From the NCBI RefSeq assembly GCF_009914755.1, contig NC_060938.1: a stretch of DNA of 64,000 nucleotides; one strand, written 5' to 3'. The notes beneath the pieces were generated by a model. That model worked only from the letters and a program-made list of their open reading frames with translations, ran no database searches and was not told where the DNA came from. The stretch is from the human T2T-CHM13v2.0 reference genome, Homo sapiens. Both the position numbers and the translations under genes were made by a program. Below are positions 1 through 12,139 of this stretch, piece by piece; position 1 is the first letter of the stretch, and the number at the start of each line of letters is the position of its first letter.

Positions 1-332
1 GTCTTTTTCATCTCAGAATCCTCCAAACTAACTGGCAAGGTGACTGGTACAATAAATTTAGTATTTGTTGAACTGAAGCCTTCTGAAAGTGTCCTTAAAA
101 GCAACTCTGTGGGAATAAACATCGGAGTATAAGTAGAGATCTGATAGCGGAAGGTGAATAAAGTTTAAATTTCTCAGATGTGCATACCAGGCTCTTGGGC
201 ATAATGAGGTTTTTGTTATCAGTGTGAGACAAGCAGCTAAAATGAGAACTTATTTCTTTAAAACTTGGTTGTTTATTGCTTCTTATTGTTCATTTGGGTA
301 AATTTTGTTTCTCCTCTTGGTTGGCAAGCTCC

Positions 333-447
333 TTTAATATGACCTATGCATCAAATTGATACTATGATAATATTATATATCATATTGCTAGAATATGATA
401 TTACTCATGATACATGATATTATATTTGATGCATAGGACATATTAAA
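333..447. repeat. 115-bp fold-back: 24-bp inverted arms with a concentric inner 10-bp hairpin
   Basis: TTTAATATGACCTATGCATCAAAT (333-356) vs ATTTGATGCATAGGACATATTAAA (424-447) are complementary at 23/24; inner ATATCATATT (377-386) pairs with AATATGATAT (392-401). Confidence 0.9.
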
Positions 448-2324
448 CAATGTTTGATTAAAGAAGGGAATGTAGGTGACCAAAAAATCTAGGAAATATT
501 GTTTTTTAATACATAAATTACAATAAGAGATCAGTTGATACTGTAGCACAGGGTTCTGGACTATAGTCTGCAAAGGTTGAAAAGAAGAAGACTGAAAAGA
601 TGTATACTTATGGTTGTTCTGCTCTACAGTTTATTCAAAAAATTGATAGTGGTTTAAAAAACCTAGTTTATTCCACATTTATTCATTCCAAAAGTAAGGT
701 CTTTAAACATTATCAGGGTTTACTCATCAGTGTTGATGCTGTTGTTCACATAAGAGCATCATTACGTCATTTACTCACTGACTGAGGGAATAACTTGGTT
801 GAATTATTTTCCCTGTTTGATTTAAGTGAGGAAACTGCGCACACCATTTCTGTTTATTTTACGCACAAAGCCTAATAATATAGTTATTCTACAAAACATG
901 AAATATTTTCAAGAATGTGTTTAAGATAAAAAAAAAGATCCTTATATGATAATCCATACTAAAACAGAGGTCAACACTGTCTTCTTCCTCCACAGCTCAA
1001 AATAAAGGAAAGATTCACTTTTATACAAACGTGACTTTACAAATGCTGCTCCCTTCGTTTCAGTTGTTTCTCAACCATTCTTTGCCACCTTTTCTGTGAA
1101 ATATTATCTGACTTTTACTTTCTACTCAAAAATAGCCCACTGTTTCCTCCATGGTCCCATAACATGTTTTACGTACTTTTATTATAGAACTTCATTAATG
1201 AACTTATCCATTCATTCAACAACTATAGTGTGGCTTACCATTTTTCAGCCATCATGTGTGGCATCAGGAATATGGTGAGAATCATGATGTCAGCTCATCC
1301 AATGATGGTGTGATTGTTTTTCTCTGTCTCTCCCATGCCATACACACCTTAAGTATGAAGAGGTAATCTGTTCAATCAACTGAATGAGCCAAGGGCAGAA
1401 GATAAAGCCCACAGCCTCGTCTAGGACGCCTCCACCTTCTCTTGTTGGAATCCTTTTTCTCCTTCTGCTCTAAAGTTAACATTTCTGCTCCTTCCTCTAC
1501 TCCTCTCCTGTGACCATTCCTGATACAATCTCACTCATCATGCATAAAATAAAGCCCATTATTTTCTCTATTCAAACATTCACCATCTCCCCAGTTTCTC
1601 AAGACAAACCTGAAGTTCATCTTCAACTTCCATCTTTCCCTAGCCTCCTTACTAAACTACTATTGTGTTCACCCTCCTCTCTAGATTTCCACTGGCCCTA
1701 CTTTAGTTTTCTTTTCATCTGCCTGCACTATGTCCATACATCTTCATTGATCGTGCTGATTGTGATCTATCCCCACACCCATTCATTTTCTACTTCATGC
1801 CAGAGTTTTCTCTCTAAAATACGAATCACATAATTTATTTCTTACCACCCCTCTCCTCATTAAAAGTTACTGATGGCTTTTCATCACCTTCATAATCCAG
1901 TATGAAGAGATCCAGGCCACTCTCTTAGAGCACATAAGACTCTTCACGAGTTGGCCTCCCTTTTTGCCAAACTCTCTAAACTCACATTTTTCTCACTCCC
2001 TCTGCTCAAAAACATACACTAAGGTAGCTAGGGTTGCCTTTAGGATAATATGATTGTGAAAGTCCAAGTCCTCTCACATGTCATATGCCACGCTACTTAG
2101 GGAACTAAATAAAGGATGAGAACTTTGTCAAGCTCTGTCCAAGGGAAAGTGATTCTCTTCTTATGGACATGGATATTTCAATCACTATAACAGAATAAGA
2201 AAAACAGTGAACATCATGAATTAAGTTGGGGCATCTTTTGAAAACTTTCTTTCCTTTCAGGACACTCAGCTCTTGTGCAGACTGTTTCTGTGATTTCTAG
2301 GACAATCATGGAATTTTAAAACTA

Positions 2325-2425
2325 GAGGATATACTAATATAATCTAATCCAATCTCTTCATTTCACAGGTGAGAAAACTCAAGCCCCAAACACTAAGAGA
2401 TTTTTCCAAGCTCACACAACAAGTA
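2325..2425 (-). mobile_element. MIR SINE fragment
   Basis: Degenerate MIR core TCTTCATTTCACAGGTGAGAAAACTCAAGCCC...TTTCCAAGCTCACACAAC; boundaries approximate. Confidence 0.6.
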
Positions 2426-4599
2426 AATATCCTTTTCCTTCCTCAGCCTCAACAAAAATAAAAGGAAATGGATTTTATAGTATTAAACAATAGGTTTGTT
2501 TATGCATTTTTCTGAGTAAACTCATTCATATGCCAAGGCCTCAGTTCTAATGTTGTTTTACCGCTAAAACCCACTTTTAATTTTGCATTTTCAATTAGAC
2601 ACAATGTGAAATGCCTCTTTATGAATTCTTGACTCACTTTTACCTGTCGCTGTGGGTGTATTAAAGTATATAAAGTTATAAAAAGATACGAAATATGAAT
2701 ATAATCTAGTTTAATTATTTCCATCCGCCAATGACTATGATTGCAGTTGGATGTCAGTGAAATCTCCAGTGGCTGAACTTCACGATGAGAAAAACAGTGA
2801 ATATAGAAAAGATAACTGAGTAAGAACTACCAAAAAAGAACATTTATTTCACCAAAAAGAACATGGATCTATGATGGAAAAACTGCAGCATCATATAGCA
2901 TCAGTGAATCAAAGATGATCTCAATATTTGGCAAAGTTAAACCAAGCTAAGTTCAATCAATATATAGATTATTAAGCTATTTTTTAAATGAAAAAGCACT
3001 TAAGACATTTTTATTTGTTAACCTTAATTGTACTTCCTGTCTGCTCTTTTCCCATTAGCCAGGGCCTAAATCTCTTGACAAATGAATCACAACTGCACTT
3101 GATTCATTCAGCAGCCACAAACTGGCTGCTGAGACACAATTCTTTGAACAGGGTGGTATTAGCAGCCCCCTCTGACTTTCAGGATGATTAATCTGCATCC
3201 ATATTATAATTTGCATCTGAGTTCTAAACATCCATGTTTGCATTCATCATTCTTATCTTGCTGATGCATTTTGATCCTTGGCTCCTTCATGATAGGCAGC
3301 TGAAAGCCAAGACTTTCCAAATGTCTAAAGGAGCCCATACTGTGGGCAATACCTTCTGCATCTCTCAGATGTTAGGCGGGAGTTGGTTTGACCTGGAAAG
3401 GAAAAAGAAGCTTTTGTCTATTTCTCCTCGCCAAACGATTCTCTTTGCCAAACATTTCTTAGCCATCAACCTCAATGTTAAAAGGCTCTTTTCTAGTTTT
3501 TACTTCCTGTGGTATTTCCACTTTCTGTGCTACATGCCTGCTCTTTCTTCTCTTTCATTTGCATCTTTTGGCCCTGAGAACTCCTCTGTGCATGCACACA
3601 CACTTATCACTATCCCCACTCCCATGCCCAAAGCACGGACCTGGAGAGATGGCTTTATATGCCATCTCATATAAGCCTAATATGCTAACACAAATCTCTA
3701 CTCATAGCACTGTTCCCATGCCCCGACCAAGGAAGAAACTTGGCATGTAGATGTGTCTATATTCAAAATACAGAGTTGAGGAAGAGAGGAGTGCACAGCT
3801 ATTAGGTGATCTCCAAACTTTGGAGAGGCATCTATAAGGACATATTACTACTGATTCAAGGAGGCAACTGATTGGAGTAAATGATGGAGTTTATCCTTAG
3901 ATATTAAAATGACTTGACACTCATGCATACTCACAATCAACCTACCACTTCCTCTGTTATCACCAAGGCAAAATGGTAGTGTATATTTTCATACCTTCCT
4001 AACATGTCCCTCCTCTTAAATTGCTTATCGACTGCCTACTTTTGACTTCATTTTCCCTTCAAGACATCCTCCTTCTTGTTTAATTTTGTCATTTTGTCAT
4101 TTCATGTGTATTTAAAAGGTCAAAGCATTGGCAAGATGTAGTATAATTTTCCTGGATCATGTACATTTTATGGATGATCTTGACAGGTAGAAACATCTGA
4201 ACTGTCCCTCCATCTTTCTTCTTTCATCAACTGCACAGCTCCTCTAGGTTTGAGCTGAATGAAAGACAAACAGGGTCTACATTCTGTCCCTGTGGCCTCA
4301 AGCCATTAAGAGGTATCAGGAAAGGGAAGACTTAAGATAAAGAGGCCTAACTCCACCAAGGTCTCAATTACCCTGAGTGATTTCAGTATTCTAGACCGCT
4401 GGGCTGTTTTTCTAAATTCACTTTTTACTGTAAAGAATTTGAGAAGTCAAAGCAATGGTGGTGTGGGACAAGAACCTATGATTTCCTCCATTTTCTAATA
4501 GGAACTCCTCAGGCTTACATTGACCACACCATACAAGAATATTTAGCTTTATTAAATATATATTCCATATTTTTAATAAAGAAGAAAGATAAACATGCT

Positions 4600-4750
4600 T
4601 CTAATTTCTCATGTCTGAAATTGAGAAAAGAAAATTTGCCTCATAGGGTTATTGTGATGGTTAAAATAAGATAATATATTTAAAGTGCTAAGACATAGCA
4701 CTCAGTGTGGCATGTGAAAGTACTCATTAAGTGTCATGTATTATTATTGG
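4600..4750 (+). mobile_element. MIR SINE 3' half
   Basis: CCTCATAGGGTTATTGTGATGGTTAAAATAAGATAATATATTTAAAGTGCT...TACTCATTAAGTG...TATTATT resembles the MIR 3' end. Confidence 0.7.
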
Positions 4751-5424
4751 ATCAGGGATCTTGATAGTTTTTGTTGTCTATACATACCATAAATAATGGA
4801 TTTCCATGGTTTATGCCTAACACTCAAAATGGACACACGGATGACTTTTCATTAGATATCAAAATAGCTAGGTGGCTGACCTAATTTTTCATTTTTCAAT
4901 GAGTTGATGTAGCATTATGTAGATGCAGCCTAACTGGACACTTTATTCCAAAATAGCTGAATGATGAGTCCACACACTTGACCTGCTTTCAGCCTCCCTA
5001 TTGAGAGTGACAGCAGAAAGTTTAGAGTTGAGTTCATCTGGCATTTAGGCACTCATGAACATTAAAAACTGCAGCCTAGTCACACCATCACTCCTCAGCT
5101 CATAAGTGAGTCTGTGGGATTATTAGCTCTGTTCCCAGTGAGATAGATACAAAAGTTGCTTGGAAATTAAAGGGCTGCAAATTTCCTCTCATTCAAGTAA
5201 GGTTCAGATCCACTATATGGGACAACAGTGAAACTTTAGGGTTACTTTCTAAGGGGAATTTATTTTACAATACAAGTTCTATGAAGCAAATCTATTCATT
5301 TTAATTAATAAAAATGTTAACGACTGGCATAACACAAACTCTCAATGAAACCAAAAAACTTCGGACAACACATAGGTCTGCCTCTTATAATTACTACCTG
5401 TATGACCTTAACAAACAAAGCACT

Positions 5425-5481
5425 TCCCCTTTTCCTCTTCCTTTCCTCCTTCCTTCCTCCCTTCCTTCCTTTCTCTCTCTT

Positions 5482-5512
<31 letters not shown>
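5425..5512. repeat. (CCTT)n/(CT)n polypyrimidine microsatellite
   Basis: Read directly from the sequence. Confidence 0.95.
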
Positions 5513-5513
<1 letters not shown>

Positions 5514-5745
5514 GTTAACATGTGCACACACACTAGATCTGGGTGGCAAATAACCTTCATCTTGCTTACCAATTCTGATCAATTGGGAGTGTCTTCCTGG
5601 TGTGTTAAATTAGAAAGGATTGCAAGGTTGAATAAGGGCTCATCAGGAAAGAGTTCTGTGATTCATTAGTGATGTCTGACATGGAGGGGAAATTAGAGTT
5701 ACTTTAAAGTCTATTTGCTAGACTTATCCAGGATTAGATAATCTC

Positions 5746-6156
5746 TGTATTAAGCCACTCTTGCATTGCTATAAAGAAGTGCCTGAGATTGGGCAATTTA
5801 TAATAAAAGAATTTTAATTAGCTCACAGTTGTGCAGGCTGTACAGGAAGCATAGTGCTGGCATCTGCTTCTGGGAAGGCCTCACGGAGGTTTTACTCATG
5901 GTGGAAGGTAAAGTAGGAGTAGGCACATCACATGGTGAAAGTAGAAGCAAGAAACAGAGGGGGTTTGGCTTGGGAGAAGGTGCCATACACTTTTAAATGA
6001 CCAGGCCTTACCAGAACTCACTACCATAAAGACAGCACCAAGCCATGAGGGATCTGCCCCCATGATCCAAACGCCTCCCACCAGGCCCCACCTCCAGCAT
6101 TGGGGATTACAATTCAACATGAGATTTGGGTGGGGACAAATATCCAAACTATATCT
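5746..6156 (-). mobile_element. ERVL-MaLR solo LTR, MST family (MSTA/MSTB-like)
   Basis: TGTATTAAGCCACTCTTGCATTGCTATAAAG...GAGATTTGGGTGGGGACAAATATCCAAACTATATC; perfect 5-bp TSD ATCTC (5741-5745 / 6157-6161). Confidence 0.92.
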
Positions 6157-7718
6157 ATCTCTAAATCTCTTCTGACTAAAAATATCAATCAGTCATTCTC
6201 ATAAAGAGCCACTAAAACAGCGAAGCCCTGGCTCACACCATTCTTACCGAATCACTTTAAATTTATTTTATATACAAATGCCATCAGAGGAACTTCCAGG
6301 TAGTCTTTACAAAATTCCTCCTGGGGGTGTCTAAAGTAGAAGGATGGTATGTTGAAATTTGGACTTTTTCCCTAAGCTAGGGTGGGAAAAGTTACTGAAA
6401 AGTTTTCTTGATGATTCTTATAAGGATAATTCACCTTTGAACCACAAGATTTAGCTTCCCCTCCCATCTTCAGAAATGATGACGGACAGGATTGAAACCT
6501 CTCTTCGGAAATCTGACATCTAGCTTTATTGTCAAAGAGGGGGATGTCAGGGAACCTTCTGTGTTTCAAGGGTTGAGACGAAAACCTTGTCCAACTCCCT
6601 AGGACAGATCCATGTAACAGAGAGATCGGTGTTTCGGCTTAGCAGGAGGGGCTGACCAGATTATCTCTGACGCATATGCCTGGGGTGTTGGATGCCTTGA
6701 GGGACATCTGTGACTCTGGGATATTCGAAAATGATCCTGGGCATCCTTAGTTAGGGTGAGCCATCCATCCTCCCTCCAAGATGCCCATTGTCCATGTGAG
6801 GACCATGGGGGCTGATGAAGGGACTTGGCCAGGAAGGATCATCATGACTGCAGTCTATGTGGGGCTTGTTAACAACCACACTGTGTAGTAGCCAGAATTA
6901 GAGGCAGAATTGCAGTAGCCGAAGCCCAGGTTTATCCTGATTGGACAGGGAATTCAGACCTATATCTCTATTAGGCTGTGTAAATTCCCAGGAGTGGACA
7001 CAAAAGGAAAATGCAGGTTATGGAAGAAAAATAAGATATATGGCCATTTTTGTCCTCAGAATTTTTGGAGTAATTTCGAGTTACACCAGTACCAAAACTT
7101 AGAGATAGATCCGGGCATATATGACAGTACTGTTTAAATAACTACTGTAGAATTAGCCCCAAAATGACTCTACATTTCAGTTACAGCTGGATGATACCCT
7201 ATCTCTAGGTCCCTGTTTCTGTCACTGTAGGTGAAGGCCTCATTCAATCAGTTCTTCAAGTCAGGAACGCTGGTGTCACCAATCAAGCTCCTTTCCCAAA
7301 GGTAATTAACCTCATTTATTCCATCACCAAATCTCCTCCCTACCATCTGTAAATTATGTCTTAGATCTCTCTGTAGCAATCAAACTCTTATTCAGCAAAT
7401 GCTCAAGTACTGGGTTCAAAACTCTTGTAAGGAAATGCAAAGGAAGGTGTCTGGCCTTCCTTTGCATTTGGTTAGTTTTTATCAATGCTAACAATGGTTA
7501 GTTTTTATTAGTTGAGAAAGGTCTAAAAGAAGACACTAAGTCTGAAAAGTAAAACTGAAAGCCAGAAGGGACAGGACTTCATGTGAGACAGTGGGCTATG
7601 TAGAGGTTCATAACTGAAAAGTGGAGGAACTGTACAGAAGATGACAACCATGCTCTGCACAGGGGAAAGATTACTGACAACCAGAAGGCAGTAAACCCAG
7701 TGAAAAGAGCTATACTTT

Positions 7719-8284
7719 TGTCAGAGGCATTTGAACCAGAGCAACTCCATCTTAAGTAGGGGCTAGGTAAAATGAGGCTGAGACATACTGGCTTGCATTC
7801 CCAGATGGTTAAGGCATTCTAAGTCACAAGATGAGATGGGAAGTCAGCACAAGATGCAGGTCATAAAGAGCTTGCTGATAAAACAGGTTGCTGTAAAGAA
7901 AATGGCTGAAACCCACCAAAACCAACATGGTGACAAGAGTGACCTCTGGTTGTCCTCACTGCTATACTCCCACCAGCGCCATGGCAGTTTACAAATGCCA
8001 TGGCAACTTCAGGAAGTTACCTTATATGGTCTAAAAAGGGGAGGCATGAATAACCCACCCGTTATTTAGCATACCATCAAGAAATAACCATAAAAATGGG
8101 CAACCAGCAACCCCAAGGGAGCTGATGAAGGGACTTGGCCAGGAAGGCCAAGTCTATGGAATAGCCATTCCTTTACTTTCCTAATAAACTTGTTTTCACT
8201 TTATGAACTTGCCCTGAATTCTTTCTTGCACAAGATCCAAGAACCCTCTCTTGGGGTCTGGATCGAGACCCCTTTCCTGTAACA
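7719..8284 (+). mobile_element. ERV1 solo LTR MER41A
   Basis: Starts TGTCAGAGGCATTTGAACCAGAGCAACTCCATCTT, ends GACCCCTTTCCTGTAACA; 4-bp TSD CTTT (7715-7718 / 8285-8288); internal AATAAA. Confidence 0.92.
8010..8029 (+). promoter_or_regulatory. ETS (CAGGAAGT) + perfect CArG box (CCTTATATGG), a serum-response-like composite element inside MER41A
   Basis: CAGGAAGT 8010-8017, 2-bp gap, CC(A/T)6GG 8020-8029; motif match only, function not shown. Confidence 0.45.
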
Positions 8285-8615
8285 CTTTCATTTAATTGTG
8301 GATTAGGAGTTCCTGGACCCGCTTGTCAGGGTAGTAATTTTGTCTGAACAGTTTTAAGAGAAATTGCTTAGCAGCATTTCAATTTCAATTCAACATTTAC
8401 TTAGTCTCCATGCTTCATGCACATCCTTGAAGATGTTAATGGAAAAAAAAGAGGATGCCAAGAAAGAAATTGGATAATTTAAAACAAAAATATTGATTTC
8501 AACCTGCATTATTAACAAGAATTTTAGTATGGTGACATCAACCTCTCTCCTATCTTAGTGTCTACTCTACGAAAACCATCATCTCCTTCTTACCTAGAGC
8601 TTGCATTTAAAGCAT

Positions 8616-9270
8616 TGTTACAGTAGGTAACAGGGCAGGAGAGGGCCCCCTCTCCTCACCAGGAATGTCAGGTGTCCATCAGGTATTGGTCAGGTAGTTG
8701 TTACACTATCTCTCTAAAATAATAATCGGTCACAGACGGCACCAGAGAGAGGCAGTCTCCCAATATATAAAAACACCTGAAACTGGTGATCGGCAGCTTC
8801 CAGATAAGATCTCAGGAGCTGGATGAGTGGGCTCAAGCATGTCCACTAAGAGGCAACATGACAGGGTTTAACTGGTAAGGGAAAAAAGCCTCAAGTGAGC
8901 ATGTGCCCAACTCCAGTAAACACACTGTGCATGCTCCCCTCCCAAGTGCCAGCAGGCCACTGTGCATGAAGACAGCCCACCCCCAGGGAAGAATCAGGAA
9001 CACAACCCCAGAAGGATGCCAACATATAAGAGCCCAAGTCAAAAGTCAAACTGTGCACTTGAGTCTCTCAAGTTGCCCGCTTGGCCCTCTTCCACGTGAA
9101 CTTTACTTCCTTCCGTTCCTGCTCTAAAGCTTTTTCATAAACTTTCACTCCTGCTCTAAAACTTGCCTCAGTCTCTCACTGGGCCTTATGCCTCTCTGTT
9201 GAATTCTTTCTTCTGAGGAGGCAAGAACTGAGGTTGTTGTAGACCCCTATAGATTCGCTGCTGGAAAATA
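8616..9270 (+). mobile_element. ERV1 solo LTR, MER50-like
   Basis: TGTTACAGTAGGTA...CAGGGCAGGAGAGGGCCCCC...CCAGGAATGTCAGG...GATAAGATCTCAGGAG...TTCTGAGGAGGCAAGAACTGAGGTTG; 3' end degenerate, no clean TSD. Confidence 0.75.
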
Positions 9271-9882
9271 TATCAGTCTCTCTCTTTCTCTCTCTCCCTC
9301 TGGACCCCCATTCTTCCCTTCCTCCTCCACCCCTCTGCTAAAATCCTTGAATTATCATAATCTTCACTAACAATGAGAAGTGTTTTCAGCAAATCCAGCC
9401 TCCCCTCCTTCCTCCTTTCCCCCTATTGTTGATGCCTCCACCTGCCCTTACTCTATCCCCTCCTCCTTATATTTTTACTCCTTCTATCAAAACTACAGGA
9501 TAAGTCTGGCCAGCTCTTTCTTCAAAGTTTTACTTAATTCATAAGGCTTAATATGCTGATTTTCCTGAGGGTACTTGCATTCTTACAGGTGATGAAATCT
9601 TAAGCAAAAGGAATAAAGTTGTAATTGTAACTTTTCAATCACTGGAAAATTGATGGGGAAGCCCTTGGGATCTCAGGGGAGTCTTCCCAAAGCCCCTAAA
9701 AATCAGCTCGATCTTCAGTTTCAGTATTCAGGGCACTTCCTAGTTTTCTAATAGATGCCTGCTGGAATTTCTTGGCCCTGACTTAGATCCTAGCCATGAC
9801 TTTTTTCTGGGTGGTGTTCTCTCATCAGAACCAGAGCTGCTGGTCCCCAGGACTCTGCAGTGGTAGCAGTATTTCCACTGGA

Positions 9883-9936
9883 ATACATACATACATACAC
9901 ACACACACATACACACAGAGAGAGAGAGAGAGAGAG
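9883..9936. repeat. Compound (ATAC)n(AC)n(AG)n microsatellite
   Basis: Read directly from the sequence. Confidence 0.95.
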
Positions 9937-11029
9937 GCGTACAACGCTTTAATGTCTAGAAGACTTGGGAAAGAAGGAGTTAAAAGCCCTAAGTGCCCAT
10001 TACAGCTCAGCTAATGGGTCTTAATAGAAACCTGAGCAGGAGACCAACCACCTGCATTCAGACTGACCACTTTTCTGTGGAATCCTGGGTGGTCTGCCTA
10101 AGCAGGTTCCCCCCTTCCCTGGGGGCCTGTGGCACAGAGAAGAATCCAGTTCTATATTGAACAGAAGAATGATTAATAGTGCTTCCTGCCCTCAGGGGGA
10201 GGCGGGGTGGGCAGCAGCGTGCTGGAAGAAAAACAAACAGCTGGATATTAGACTGCAATGTGGATAAAAAACACTTATATTTTAGATTATCATTTTGGTG
10301 ATTGAGAAACAAAATCGAAGGCTTCTCTTGACTAGCAAGGCAACAAGTAAGTTGCTGTGCCATTTTTATTATATTTTTGTGATTTTGTTCACTTAACAGA
10401 CTTTTAAAAAACTCAGTATCATTGTCTTCTCTATTTTCTGAAAATGTAGAGTAACTATTTCATAGCACACTTACACTTTGAAGGGAAAAGAGAATTCCAT
10501 GTGTGGGCCTTTGAACTGCATGCATATTTTATTTATGTGCAGAATATATATACATGTATGCAGATATACAACATATAGATTAGGAAACACTAATGAATTC
10601 TTACTCTCAAGTGAATCTGCACAGCCCTGTTTCTCAACGTAGGGGTTTGGAATGGTTTGAAATGTAACAACAGTGTCAGCTCTGTGGGAGGGACTGAGGG
10701 GGTGGAGAGAGATGGAGGCCTTGGTGAGTGAGACGCAAAGTCATTTAGTTCCTCCTCTGGTACCCTCCCATGAGTCAAGGTTGCTTGTGACATTACAGTT
10801 GGCAGTTTAAATAACCGTAAAATAAAACAGATGAGAAACAAAGTTGACATTCCAGAAGAAAAATTATACTGGAAATCAAATTTAAGCATACAGAGAACTC
10901 TCAATATATACAGAGAGTACATAGGTATGTGTGAGTGTGCTGATCATCTCTGCATATTAGTACCCACACATGCACACAGTAAACATGCCGAGGAGCCAGT
11001 TTATTCTTAAAAGAGTACATACTTGGGAG

Positions 11030-11185
11030 ACAATTCCTGGATTCAAACCTGGTTCTGCTGCTGCTACCTGCCTAGTGAAGTAATTAGGCAATCCATGTCA
11101 ACTCTAAATCTCTACTTATTCACACATCAATAAAATGAAGGAGTTAGATACCCTCATGGTCCCTTACAACTTTAACATACTAAAC
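11030..11185 (+). mobile_element. MIR/MIR3 fragment
   Basis: CCTGGATTCAAACCTGGTTCTGC...TAAAATGAAGGAGTTAGA...GGTCCCTTACAACTTTAACAT. Confidence 0.55.
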
Positions 11186-11499
11186 ATTTGTGTACAGGAG
11201 GTCATTATTAAACAGTCTGGAGAAACTTTCCCCCTTTTACCTGACCCCTAACCCCATCTGTGTATGCTCAGCTGCAGATGAACATGGTGGACACTGGTGG
11301 ACACTGGGGCTCTTGGAGGCTGCACAGCTGTGTCCAGAAGAGACTGGAATGTGGTGAGTAAAAAGGAGCCACCCACAAGGAGAGCAGAAGCCCTGTGACC
11401 ACTACAACAAAGTACAAGCCTCGTCCTTTGGGAGAGTCCTCTTGGGGCGCATGGTGGGTTGGGGAGAAGGACCTTTCTCCTTGCATGACTCAAAAATGG

Positions 11500-11715
11500 T
11501 GGTGAAAAGCATAGCCCTTAAAGTCTTACAGGTTCATGTTTAGGTCCCAGCAATACCAGTCACTAGCTATGTATCTTTGGGCCAATTAGTATATTATGCT
11601 AATCTCAGTTTTCCTACCTGAAAAATGAAGATCATAATGCCCATCTCAACAATCTGTCTTAAGGCTTAAATAATATTTTTAAATGGTGCCCAGCACACAG
11701 CAAGTATTCAAAAAG
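11500..11715 (+). mobile_element. MIR SINE
   Basis: CACTAGCTATGTATCTTTGGGCCAATT...CTCAGTTTTCCTACCTGAAAAATGAAGAT core. Confidence 0.75.
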
Positions 11716-12139
11716 ATGGTGTGTGTATGTGTTTAACTTTCACATCTGTATACATATTTTACATATTATATGATTAACTCTCTGATAAGATTGATTTATG
11801 GATATTTATGGAAAAAAACTATTGTTATTTGGCAGTGGGAAAATAGAAATTAACTATTCATGAAGGACAGGGGTTTCATTTTCCAGAAAAAAAGAGGATT
11901 TGGAAATCAGAAAAAAAATTTATGATGAAAAGAAATGAATAGGGAAGTGGACACTGTATTTTAGATACATGGTCAACCACTGAGAGTTGCTCCATGGAAC
12001 CTCCTTATTTATGTCATGTTGACTGCTAACAACATGGAGGGGGCTTGGAGATGCCCCCTTCACCCATGATCCCAATGATCAAGTCTCAGAGATGAAACAC
12101 TCCATTTATGCATTCGTGCATTTGCTAAATACTTCCTTA

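Noticed and set aside
6811-8147. 27-bp direct repeat considered as a CRISPR-like repeat or a TSD
   Set aside because: Only two copies, eukaryotic context, and one copy is internal to an LTR; a templated insertion explains it better
10185-10215. Possible CTCF site or G-quadruplex (CCCTCAGGGGGAGGCGGGGTGGG)
   Set aside because: Three mismatches to the CTCF core; one G-run is only 2 nt
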